From NCBI RefSeq assembly GCF_055900595.2, contig NZ_CM148325.1: a stretch of 64,000 nucleotides of DNA; one strand, 5' to 3'. Shown piece after piece: positions 6,552 through 14,844 of the stretch. Numbering within the stretch: the first letter of the stretch is position 1; each line of letters begins with the position of its first letter. The notes beneath the pieces were generated by a model. That model ran no database searches and was not told the DNA's origin. It saw only the letters and a list, made by a program, of their open reading frames with translations. Made by a program: the position numbers and the translations under genes.

Positions 6552-7205
6552 TCACTCGGTAGGCTGACTGTTGCGAATTTGTCGCTCCAGTTGCTCAATC
6601 AGCTTTTTCACGCCGACGTTCTCATCCAGTTGTAGCGCGCGCTGGAACTGCGCCAGCGCCTCCTGCGGCTGGCTTTCGCTGTGTGCCAGCCCCAATGCCT
6701 TGTGCAGGCGAGCGCGAACCTGATCCGGCATGTCCTGATCGGCTAACAGCCCGGCAAAGGCCAGCAGGCTGTCCAGCGCCGCAAAGGTACCGGCGGTAAG
6801 CTGTTTCAGGGTGGTGTCGGCGACCTCTTCAGCCACCATGCAGGCGGTCTGCCGCTGGTACTGATCCGGCGTTACCCAGCCGTGTTTCAGGGCGTGTTCC
6901 GCCATGGGGTAGGCAGCGGGAAAGTCGCCGGTATCCAGCGTCCAGAGCAGCACCGTCATAAACACATCGTCCTGCTGTTGGCTGTCGGCAGCCAGAACGC
7001 CGCTTACCCATGGCTGGTAATCGGGCAGCAGTTCACCCTTAACCTCGATTTTGCGTTCAATGGACTGGATCGCTTTCAGGCGGCGTTTATCGGTTGCCAG
7101 CTTTGCCAGCATCAGTTCATAGCCGCTGGCGTAGGTCTGATTTTCCTGTTGATTTGCGGCCTGCGCCTGATAGCGCAGCAGGTGGCGGCGGGCAGGCGTC
7201 ATCAT
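6552..7205 (-). CDS. Terminase small/endonuclease subunit (gpM-like)
   Basis: 217 aa, in the P2 late-operon position between N and L. Confidence 0.65.
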   Translation of the reverse strand: MMTPARRHLLRYQAQAANQQENQTYASGYELMLAKLATDKRRLKAIQSIERKIEVKGELLPDYQPWVSGVLAADSQQQDDVFMTVLLWTLDTGDFPAAYPMAEHALKHGWVTPDQYQRQTACMVAEEVADTTLKQLTAGTFAALDSLLAFAGLLADQDMPDQVRARLHKALGLAHSESQPQEALAQFQRALQLDENVGVKKLIEQLERQIRNSQPTE

Positions 7206-8221
7206 GCGTCTTTATCCTCAAACTTGATGTTTTCAAACAGGCAACCGCAGCCGAAGTCTTCCACCACAAAGGCATCGTTGGAAGACTCGAAGTTCTCTAC
7301 CCGGTCACGTTTGGGGTTATCAATAATGGCGCGGCGGCGGGTGCCTTTCTGGACATAGATAGACAGGTTACTGAAGGCGGTGACCAGAATGGTGTTGTGC
7401 GGGAAACCCGGCACGCGCACGGCAGGGCGACTGCCGATGGTTTTCTGGCTGACCAGAATCTGCCCCGCCAGTTTTTCGCTGTTCTCATTGTGCTGGTTGA
7501 GGATCGGGAAGTATTTGTCGTGCAGGACGCCACGGCCACAAATGGCGACCAGATCTGCGCCGTCGACATGCCATTCGTCAATCAGGTTTTCTTCGCCGTC
7601 ATTGACCATGGCGTCCAGATTCTCATAGTCGCCGCCTTTGCCAATGATGATTTTGCCGGAACCTTCCACACCTTCGTTCATGACGCGTTCCGGGGCGTGA
7701 TCGCGATACTGCTGCAGCCAGCCTTTGTTAACGTCCTGCAGAAGGGGGTAACGCTGGAAGTCGGTCTGGGCTGCAACGAGGATACCGTTGAAGCCAATCA
7801 GGATGCGGTCTAATCCCTGTCGCCGGGTGATGCTGTCGCGCACGCGGATCTGAAAATCTGGGTGGGCGGCCCATGCGTCCAGTTTGGCGTATTTCAGCGC
7901 GGTATCGTAGTTGGTTTTTTCGCAGCGGTAGCGGTTAGTCGTCATTGACGTGGGGTCGACGGGTTCACGTTCACGCTGACTGGTATCGGTACGACTGGCC
8001 GTGGGGCGATCAATGCCGATACCGACTTTTTCACCTTCCTGATCCACCACTTCATGGACGTTGATTTCGGTCAGGAATTCTACGGACGCCTGAATTTTGG
8101 TTTCCAGCGTCTGCTGTACGGAAGGTTCTACCGTGAATTCGACGGCGGCGCTCTGGACACCGGACAGCCCGGCGACGGTTTCAACGTAAGCGTTGTATTT
8201 TAAGCGGGTTTCGTTACGCAT
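7202..8221 (-). CDS. Major capsid protein (gpN-like, P2 family)
   Basis: 339 aa, close to P2 gpN in size, in the position after scaffold O. Confidence 0.75.
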   Translation of the reverse strand: MRNETRLKYNAYVETVAGLSGVQSAAVEFTVEPSVQQTLETKIQASVEFLTEINVHEVVDQEGEKVGIGIDRPTASRTDTSQREREPVDPTSMTTNRYRCEKTNYDTALKYAKLDAWAAHPDFQIRVRDSITRRQGLDRILIGFNGILVAAQTDFQRYPLLQDVNKGWLQQYRDHAPERVMNEGVEGSGKIIIGKGGDYENLDAMVNDGEENLIDEWHVDGADLVAICGRGVLHDKYFPILNQHNENSEKLAGQILVSQKTIGSRPAVRVPGFPHNTILVTAFSNLSIYVQKGTRRRAIIDNPKRDRVENFESSNDAFVVEDFGCGCLFENIKFEDKDA

Positions 8222-8231
8222 CGGGGGTTCC

Positions 8232-9059
8232 TTAACAGTCGGTTTTCAGGTCGGTGTTGCCACCGGTGGCAGGCTGGCGCGGCGGTGTGGCCGGTTGTTT
8301 TGCAAGCTGAGTTTTCAGCGTGGAATAATCGGTCTGTAGCTGCTGATGCTGCGTTTGCAGCTCAGACAGCTCAGCGCGAATTTGGTCGACCTGTTCGCTA
8401 CAGAACGTCGCTACTTCCTCCACCGCCAGATGCACGTCGTCCCGTTGCTGGTCGTCGTGGTTCTGCTTTTTACTTAACAGCGCCTTGATGCGGGTAAACA
8501 GAGATTCGCCGCTGCTTTCCTCCACTTCTTCAAACTCCAGTTCAATCTCTTCTGCCACGCTGAAAATGTTCTCCGGCGAGCGTTTACGCGCCGCCAGCGG
8601 GTTGCTTTGCGCGCTGGCGCAGAAGGAGAGCATTTCGGTGCCGAGGCTGGCCGGATCGTCGGTGACCGCCAGCCCGACCAGATAGGCTTTGCCCGTGTCG
8701 GCAAATTTCGGATTGACTTCCACCGAGGTATAAACCTTCTGCCCTTTGCGGTTCATTTCGACCAGCGAATCCGTTGGGGCCAGACGCGCCAGCAGCGCCA
8801 GTTTGCCTTTCAGGGGACCGTCTTCGGCGATCTCTTCTTTCTTCACCATCGCCACGTCGCCGTAGCGCTGGAACGGGCCGTCCGGCAGGATGCCTTTCAG
8901 GTGCTCCAGATTAATGCGCGCGCCGTACACTTTTGGGCTGTATGTATCGGCCATTTGCTCGATCCACTGGCGTTCAATCGTGCGCTTGTCGCAGGTTGCG
9001 CCTTCTACGGCGATACGCACCCATTTAGAGAGCAGTTTTTTCTTTGGCTTTTTGTCCAT
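8232..9059 (-). CDS. Capsid scaffolding protein (gpO-like)
   Basis: 275 aa with an acidic/coiled-coil C-terminal half. First gene of the O-N-M-L operon, divergent from the terminase. Confidence 0.75.
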   Translation of the reverse strand: MDKKPKKKLLSKWVRIAVEGATCDKRTIERQWIEQMADTYSPKVYGARINLEHLKGILPDGPFQRYGDVAMVKKEEIAEDGPLKGKLALLARLAPTDSLVEMNRKGQKVYTSVEVNPKFADTGKAYLVGLAVTDDPASLGTEMLSFCASAQSNPLAARKRSPENIFSVAEEIELEFEEVEESSGESLFTRIKALLSKKQNHDDQQRDDVHLAVEEVATFCSEQVDQIRAELSELQTQHQQLQTDYSTLKTQLAKQPATPPRQPATGGNTDLKTDC

Positions 9060-9214
9060 AACGTTCAGTCCCGGCGTTGGCTAAATAAGCGAATGGTCGG
9101 GTAGTCCTCCGCTATCAGGCAACGGGCTTCGCTTGTAATCATCCGGGTTACAAGCGGCATTGCTACGCGCAGACAGCGGCTTGTTTACGCTGACGGCAGA
9201 AACGAGAGGACGTT
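9060..9214. promoter_or_regulatory. Divergent late promoter region (P-type and O-type promoters)
   Basis: 155-bp intergenic gap between the divergent terminase (+) and scaffold (-) genes, as in P2, where Ogr-activated late promoters sit. Confidence 0.4.
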
Positions 9215-10999
9215 ATGCCGCCAGACATCGAAAAACATCTGCTTGCCCTTCAGGACGAAGATCCACGCCGTAAAGCCCGCTATCTGTACTGGCAGGGTTT
9301 TCGCATTGCGCGGATCGCTGAACTATTGGGGGTGAAAGTTACCACGCTGCATAGCTGGAAGCGGCGCGATGGCTGGGACGAATCCGCCCCGCTGGAGCGG
9401 GTGACGGCGGTGACCGAAGCGCGGCTGATCCAGCTCACGGTGAAGGAAAATAAGGAGGGAAAGGATTTTAAGGAGATCGACCTGCTCTGGCGGCAGATGG
9501 AGCGCGGGGCAAGGGTTGAACGCTATCAGCAGGGGGGCAATGAGGTCGACCTGAACCCTGCTCTTGCGAAGCGTAACGCCGGGCCGCGCAGACAGCCGGA
9601 AACCAACCATATCAGCGAGGAGCAGGCGGAGAAGCTGAAACAGTTATTTCTGGACGGACTGTATCCGCACCAGAAACACTGGTACCGCGCCGGGCTGGAA
9701 CACCGTATCCGCGATATCAACAAGTCGCGCCAGATTGGGGCGACGATGTTCTTCGGGCGGGAAGGATTTATGGATGCGGTGGAGAGCGGGCGCAACCAGA
9801 TCTTTCTCTCGGCCTCCAAAGCGCAGGCGCACCAGTTCCGCCAGTACATTGTCGATTTTGCTCGTGAGGCGGATGTTGAGCTGAAGGGCGAAGTCATTCA
9901 CTTGCCGCATAATGATAGCCGGATGTATTTTCTCGGCACCAATGCCCGCACCGCCCAGACCTATCATGGCAACCTGTATCTGGATGAATACTTCTGGATA
10001 CACCGCTTTTTGGAACTGCGCCGTAACGCGGCGGGGATGGCCAGCCAGAAACGCTGGCGGCAGACCTACTTTTCCACACCGTCCAGCATTACCCACGAAG
10101 CCTATAAGTTCTGGACAGGGCAACTGTTCAACAAGGGCAGGCCGAAGAGCGAACAGATTCGACTGGATATCAGCCATCGGGCGCTGGCGGCGGGGCGTCT
10201 GTGTGAAGACGGCCAGTGGCGGCAAATCGTCACCGTTGAGGATGCCATCAATCAGGGTTATGACCTGTTCGACCTTGAGCAACTCAGGCTGGAGAACTCG
10301 CCGGAAGAGTTCGCCAACCTGTTTATGTGCCAGTTTATCGACGATACCGCATCGGTATTCCCACTAAGCATGTTGCAGGGTTGCATGGTCGATAGCTGGG
10401 AAGTCTGGGACGACTACAAGCCGTTTGCCCTGCGTCCGCTCGGCGAACGCTCGGTGTGGGTGGGGTACGATCCCGCATTAAGCGGTGACAGCGCCGGGTG
10501 CGTGATGGTCGCGCCGCCGGTCATTGAGGGCGGCAAGTTTCGGGTAATTGAAAAGCACCAGTGGCACGGGATGGACTTCGCGGCGCAGGCGGAAAATATC
10601 CGCAAAATTACCGAGCGCTATAACGTGACTTACATCGGTATTGACGTGACCGGCATCGGCCACGGCGTGCATCAACTGGTGAAACAGTTCTTCCCGGCAG
10701 TGCAGGCATTCTCTTATTCCCCAGAAGTGAAACAGCGTCTGGTGCTGAAAACGCTGGACGTTGTCCGTAAACGCCGACTGGAGTTTGACGCCGGATGGAC
10801 GGATCTGGCGCAGGCGTTTATGGCAATTCGCAAAACCCTGACTCCGTCCGGGCGTCAGGTGACCTTCGAGGCCAGCCGTTCGGAAGAAGTCTCCCACGCG
10901 GATCTGGCATGGGCGTGTATGCACGCCATTATCAATGAACCACTGGAAAGCTCCGGCGGCGCGAACAGCGGGCGGGGCTTAATTAAGGTGTACGGATGA
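9215..10999 (+). CDS. Terminase large (ATPase) subunit (gpP-like)
   Basis: 594 aa, similar to P2 gpP in size. N-terminal HTH-like region; Walker-A-like KSRQIGATMF. Confidence 0.75.
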   Translation: MPPDIEKHLLALQDEDPRRKARYLYWQGFRIARIAELLGVKVTTLHSWKRRDGWDESAPLERVTAVTEARLIQLTVKENKEGKDFKEIDLLWRQMERGARVERYQQGGNEVDLNPALAKRNAGPRRQPETNHISEEQAEKLKQLFLDGLYPHQKHWYRAGLEHRIRDINKSRQIGATMFFGREGFMDAVESGRNQIFLSASKAQAHQFRQYIVDFAREADVELKGEVIHLPHNDSRMYFLGTNARTAQTYHGNLYLDEYFWIHRFLELRRNAAGMASQKRWRQTYFSTPSSITHEAYKFWTGQLFNKGRPKSEQIRLDISHRALAAGRLCEDGQWRQIVTVEDAINQGYDLFDLEQLRLENSPEEFANLFMCQFIDDTASVFPLSMLQGCMVDSWEVWDDYKPFALRPLGERSVWVGYDPALSGDSAGCVMVAPPVIEGGKFRVIEKHQWHGMDFAAQAENIRKITERYNVTYIGIDVTGIGHGVHQLVKQFFPAVQAFSYSPEVKQRLVLKTLDVVRKRRLEFDAGWTDLAQAFMAIRKTLTPSGRQVTFEASRSEEVSHADLAWACMHAIINEPLESSGGANSGRGLIKVYG

Positions 11000-11976
11000 A
11001 TAACTCAATGGCTTTCACCTTCGGTGAACCTGAAGCCCTGCTGGACAGGCGGGAAATACTGAACTATCTGGAGTGCGTGGACTTTGGCAAATGGTATGCG
11101 CCGCCGGTGGATTTTAATTCGCTGGCGCTGTCGTTCCGCGCTTCGGCGCATCATACCAGCCCGATCTGCGTGAAGCGCAACGTGCTGGTTGGTACCTTCA
11201 TACCTCATCCGTTGTTGACCCGGCAGGCGTTCAGCCGCCTTGCGCTGGACTATCTGGTATTCGGCAATGCCTATCTGGAGCGGCAGGATAACCGGCTGGG
11301 CCAGCCGTTAACGCTGGTGCCTGCGCTGGCGAAGTATGTCCGGCGCGGCAAGGCGCTGGACAGCTATTTCTTTGTTCAGCCCGGTAAAGTGGATCATGAG
11401 TTTGCGTCGGGCAGTATCGGCCACCTGCTGGAGCCGGATATCAATCAGGAAATCTACGGCCTGTCGGAATACCTCTCTGCGCTGAACGCGGCATGGCTGG
11501 ATAACTCCGCCACGCTGTTTCGCCGTCGTTACTACAAGAACGGCAGTCATGCCGGTTTCATCCTCTACCTGAGCGACCCGGCCCACAACGAGGCGGATAT
11601 TGGGGCGTTACAGGAAGCGCTAGCGAACAGCCGTGGCCCCGGCAACTTCCGCAATCTGCTGATGTATCTGCCGAACGGCAAGCCAGACAGCGTAAAGGTT
11701 ATCCCGATTGGCGAGGTGGCGGCGAAAGATAACTTCTCCGATATCAAGAGTGTCAGCCGTGACGACCAGTTAGCTGCGCACCGGGTACCACCTGCGCTCA
11801 TGGGCGTGGTACCGAGTAACGCCGGTGGCTTTGGTGATGCCATCAAAGCGGCGAAGGTATTCAACTGCAATGAGATCGAGCCGCTACAGGAACGGTTCAA
11901 GGAGCTGAACGACTGGCTGGGGCTGGAGGTTATTCGCTTCAAAAAGTACCGCCTTGCCGACGACGATTCAGAGTAA
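10996..11976 (+). CDS. Portal vertex protein (gpQ-like)
   Basis: 326 aa, translationally coupled to the terminase (ATGA overlap); position as in P2 Q. Confidence 0.65.
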   Translation: MNNSMAFTFGEPEALLDRREILNYLECVDFGKWYAPPVDFNSLALSFRASAHHTSPICVKRNVLVGTFIPHPLLTRQAFSRLALDYLVFGNAYLERQDNRLGQPLTLVPALAKYVRRGKALDSYFFVQPGKVDHEFASGSIGHLLEPDINQEIYGLSEYLSALNAAWLDNSATLFRRRYYKNGSHAGFILYLSDPAHNEADIGALQEALANSRGPGNFRNLLMYLPNGKPDSVKVIPIGEVAAKDNFSDIKSVSRDDQLAAHRVPPALMGVVPSNAGGFGDAIKAAKVFNCNEIEPLQERFKELNDWLGLEVIRFKKYRLADDDSE

Positions 11977-12021
11977 CCCCACCAACGACCAGCTCACTAT
12001 CAGAGCCACCATGCGCCATTC

Positions 12022-12046
12022 AGCCCGCTTCCTGCGGGCTTTTTTA
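12022..12046 (+). terminator. Rho-independent terminator after the portal gene
   Basis: agcccgc-ttcct-gcgggct followed by TTTTTT. Confidence 0.65.
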
Positions 12047-12295
12047 CGCCTTCTCACCGCCAGAATCCCCGGTCAGCACCGCCAGCGCGCGGTTGTGACC
12101 CCGCCACGCCTGCGCAGTAAATAGATCGCTTTTTTTGCACTGGTGCGTAAGCGTCGGAGCGGGCCATAACGGGAGGGCGTGGTCGGGTTGCAGTTGCAGC
12201 AGAATCATGCGGATTTATACGCCCTGTGTATGCGCCAGAGACGATCGGGAGGGCAATGCCACGATCCTTTCGGTATTTTTGGATCGCCTGTCGGG

Positions 12296-12581
12296 AAAAG
12301 GTAACCTCAGTAATTAGCAGTAAAAATAATGCTTATTCTATTGTTTATAAAAGAGAAATTTGGTTACCCCTAAAAGGTAATCTGAGGTAACCCAAAAGGT
12401 AACCTGTTTTATATTTTCATATAAATCATGATGTTACAAATTAGAAGACATCACTATTATAAAAGGTAACCTGATTACGCTTTGGTTACCAAAAGATTAC
12501 CTTTCTCTGTTTTTGAAAAATCCTTTTTATTCATTAAGTTATTTTGATTTTTCGTTGCAGGTTACTAAGGTTACCTTTTTC
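12296..12581. repeat. Array of about 9-10 copies of (A)AAAGGTAAYC in both orientations; candidate protein-binding sites
   Basis: Direct copies near 12296, 12372, 12385, 12394, 12461; inverted copies near 12362, 12484, 12497, 12560, 12570. AT-rich; no ORF of 60 aa or more. Confidence 0.6.
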
Positions 12582-12850
12582 CGAAGTCCCCACGGACTTT
12601 GGTATATATAGATAGGTTAAAAAGTAGCCGTTATGTTTGCCAGCTATTTACTTCCCATTCTTCCACTGGCCAGCATGTTAATATGCCCGGTAATGATAAC
12701 TAGTTGCCATTGGGTTACTTTCTTCTGTGGACGGTAAAACTGACGGTAAATTGGGTTGTGGGTCTCGATTTAGATTAGTAAAATCAAGTGATTAAGTCGA
12801 CTGTAGATAATCGAGTGGGAATGATTTGATCCCTGCACTATGAATTAGCA

Positions 12851-12880
12851 AAACCCTCTGTTACTACAGAGGGTTTTTTA
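12851..12880 (-). terminator. Hairpin terminator downstream of yfgI (bidirectional shape)
   Basis: aaaccctctg-ttacta-cagagggttt flanked by T/A runs. Confidence 0.6.
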
Positions 12881-12917
12881 TACTCACGAATCATAGGATT
12901 GAAGTTACTGACATCGC

Positions 12918-13457
12918 TTAGTTAAACCAGCTGTCCGATTTGTTTTCTTCTGCTTTGCCCACGCTTTTCATCAGATCGCGACCGCCTTCAGTCATATTCC
13001 TGTTTGCGTCAGCTTCAGATTGCACCACATCGGTTTGCGCAGCTTTGTGCTTCAGTTCCTGATCGATAAATTCGTTTTCTCGCTTAACGCGGGCTTCTTC
13101 TTTCGCCAGCGCCAGTTTTTGTTTCTGAATCTCTAAGCTGCGTAGCTCATCTTCATAACTTTGATCGCGTTTCTTGTCCGCAGTGGCTTCGGCGTCCAGT
13201 TTATCCTGACGAGCTTTCTTATTCGCCGCTGCCGTTGCCGCTCTTTTATTAGCCGCGGCCTGGGCGTTTGCGCGACGTTGCTTCTCTTGCTGGATTTCCC
13301 TGTTGCGCTCCGCGACCCATTCGTCATGCTGCCTTTGCTCTTCGTTTTTACCTTGCTGTTCCGCTTCTGCGACAGCAGAGAGTTGATCCTGCAATGATGA
13401 GGCGATAGCCGGATAGCTTAAGGAGGCTAAGATGGCGCAAAGAAAAACTTTCTTCAT
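12918..13457 (-). CDS. yfgI: YfgI, secreted protein of unknown function
   Basis: 179 aa with signal peptide (MKKVFLCAILASLSYPAIA); K/E/A-rich. Recognised as E. coli yfgI by sequence and neighbourhood. Confidence 0.85.
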   Translation of the reverse strand: MKKVFLCAILASLSYPAIASSLQDQLSAVAEAEQQGKNEEQRQHDEWVAERNREIQQEKQRRANAQAAANKRAATAAANKKARQDKLDAEATADKKRDQSYEDELRSLEIQKQKLALAKEEARVKRENEFIDQELKHKAAQTDVVQSEADANRNMTEGGRDLMKSVGKAEENKSDSWFN

Positions 13458-13472
13458 GACTCCTCCTGATTA

Positions 13473-13991
13473 TTAGCTCTTTTCAGGACATTTGGTATTT
13501 GGCTGAATACGCGTTTCGTTATACGTCGTGGTAATAACAACGGCTAAACCTGTCGTAAACTGGCACTCTTTACCCACCTGGGTGGAGGTATACACTTTGG
13601 TGCCTTCCTTATACGTTAGAGAAACACCTTCCACTAAGGTTTTATCATTCACCATAGAACCTGCTGCCGCGCCAACAGCTCCGCCGCCAACTGCACCTGC
13701 CGTCGTTCCGGAATTGCTGCCAGACCCCACGTTGTGGCCGATAACACCGCCAGCGACTGCACCAATAAGCGCGCCGAAGGCTTGTGCGTTTCGTTTATTT
13801 TGGGAGTTGTCTACGGCAACTTTTGCGGGAAGAATGGAAATAATATTAACGGTTTTAGTTTCTTGTTTGGTATTCAGTTGATCGGTTTGATAAACATCGG
13901 CGGCATGATCATCAGCATTTGACTGGCATCCTGCCAGAGTGAATGACGCTAACATTGCCACAGGCAGAAGACATTTTTTAAATTTCATCAC
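13473..13991 (-). CDS. yfgH: YfgH, outer-membrane lipoprotein (glycine-zipper)
   Basis: 172 aa with lipobox LAGC; GxxxG-rich segment. Confidence 0.85.
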   Translation of the reverse strand: MMKFKKCLLPVAMLASFTLAGCQSNADDHAADVYQTDQLNTKQETKTVNIISILPAKVAVDNSQNKRNAQAFGALIGAVAGGVIGHNVGSGSNSGTTAGAVGGGAVGAAAGSMVNDKTLVEGVSLTYKEGTKVYTSTQVGKECQFTTGLAVVITTTYNETRIQPNTKCPEKS

Positions 13992-14301
13992 TATTCCTTG
14001 TTATACACATTACGAAAAATAAGACATTTAAGATCATCAAAAGAGGAAAGTAAATGTATTGCGTATAAAGGAATAGATTAAATTTATTAAAATTCATGTG
14101 GAAAATAATTTATAAAAATACATCATTAAAACATATGTATTAATTTTATATTTATTTCGCAGCCAAACAGGATAAACATCAGTCAGGACAAAGACGTAAA
14201 ATTTAAGATGAAAGAATATCTGCCGCTTTGATAATCTCAAAGAGCAACTGCATCCGACAGCGAGGTGCCGTTATGTTCAGTGAAGGTGGAGAAGGTAACC
14301 G

Positions 14302-14493
14302 CTAACGTTGTACCGGTGATTCGACGGAGAGTGTGGATTGTTGAGCTTCTTTTTTGCTCTGATGGTGCTGCCAGGCACCGACGGACGAGTAGATAAAGCG
14401 GCCAAAGAAGAAGATAAAGCTGATGAGCAGTACGATACGGGTCATGCGACTGTTAAATCGGTGTCGTTTTCGCATACTGGTTGCCTGACTCAC
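14302..14493 (-). CDS. yfgG: YfgG, small membrane protein
   Basis: 63 aa, one TM helix; position between yfgH and pdeF. Confidence 0.75.
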   Translation of the reverse strand: MSQATSMRKRHRFNSRMTRIVLLISFIFFFGRFIYSSVGAWQHHQSKKEAQQSTLSVESPVQR

Positions 14494-14844
14494 AAAAGGT
14501 TCCTTGAAGTATGTCCCACATCGTGGACGGTACTTACATTAAGGCACACCAGGACAAAATGGTCAATTCTTCATTATGTAAAAAAGCGTCAGTGGATACA
14601 TATTTTAATGTTATGGAAGTTAATTTAATTATTTACAGTGATGATGTAATAATGATGAATTAACATGATAAACGTAATAATTCATTAATCAGGGTTATTT
14701 TGTTTGATATATATCAATTGGAACTTTCATATGACACTTAGAATCAATGCTCTCTATAGTGATGAATAATCATCATTCGAAGTCAGGTGGGATGCCTGTC
14801 TGAATACACCTCCTTCAGGATGTGGGGGATTCTGCTGAGCATCT

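Larger units (their letters stand above)
1..12050. mobile_element. P2-like prophage, late (structural/lysis) region; continues beyond the left window edge
   Basis: Syntenic set of P2-type genes: P/Q divergent from O-N-M-L, then X, lysis genes, R, S, V. Flanked on the right by chromosomal yfgI. Confidence 0.85.

Noticed and set aside
9644-10282. 212-aa - strand ORF inside the terminase gene
   Set aside because: Antisense to a well-supported 594-aa terminase ORF; no RBS and no family features.
12135-12317. 60-aa + strand ORF in the Q-yfgI non-coding region
   Set aside because: Cys/Arg-rich translation, no SD, and it lies in a GC-rich putative cos/att region; judged non-coding.
12296-12581. 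Possible CRISPR array suggested by the GGTAACC repeats
   Set aside because: Repeats are short (9-12 bp), irregularly spaced, occur in both orientations, and there are no cas genes nearby. They are better explained as protein-binding sites.
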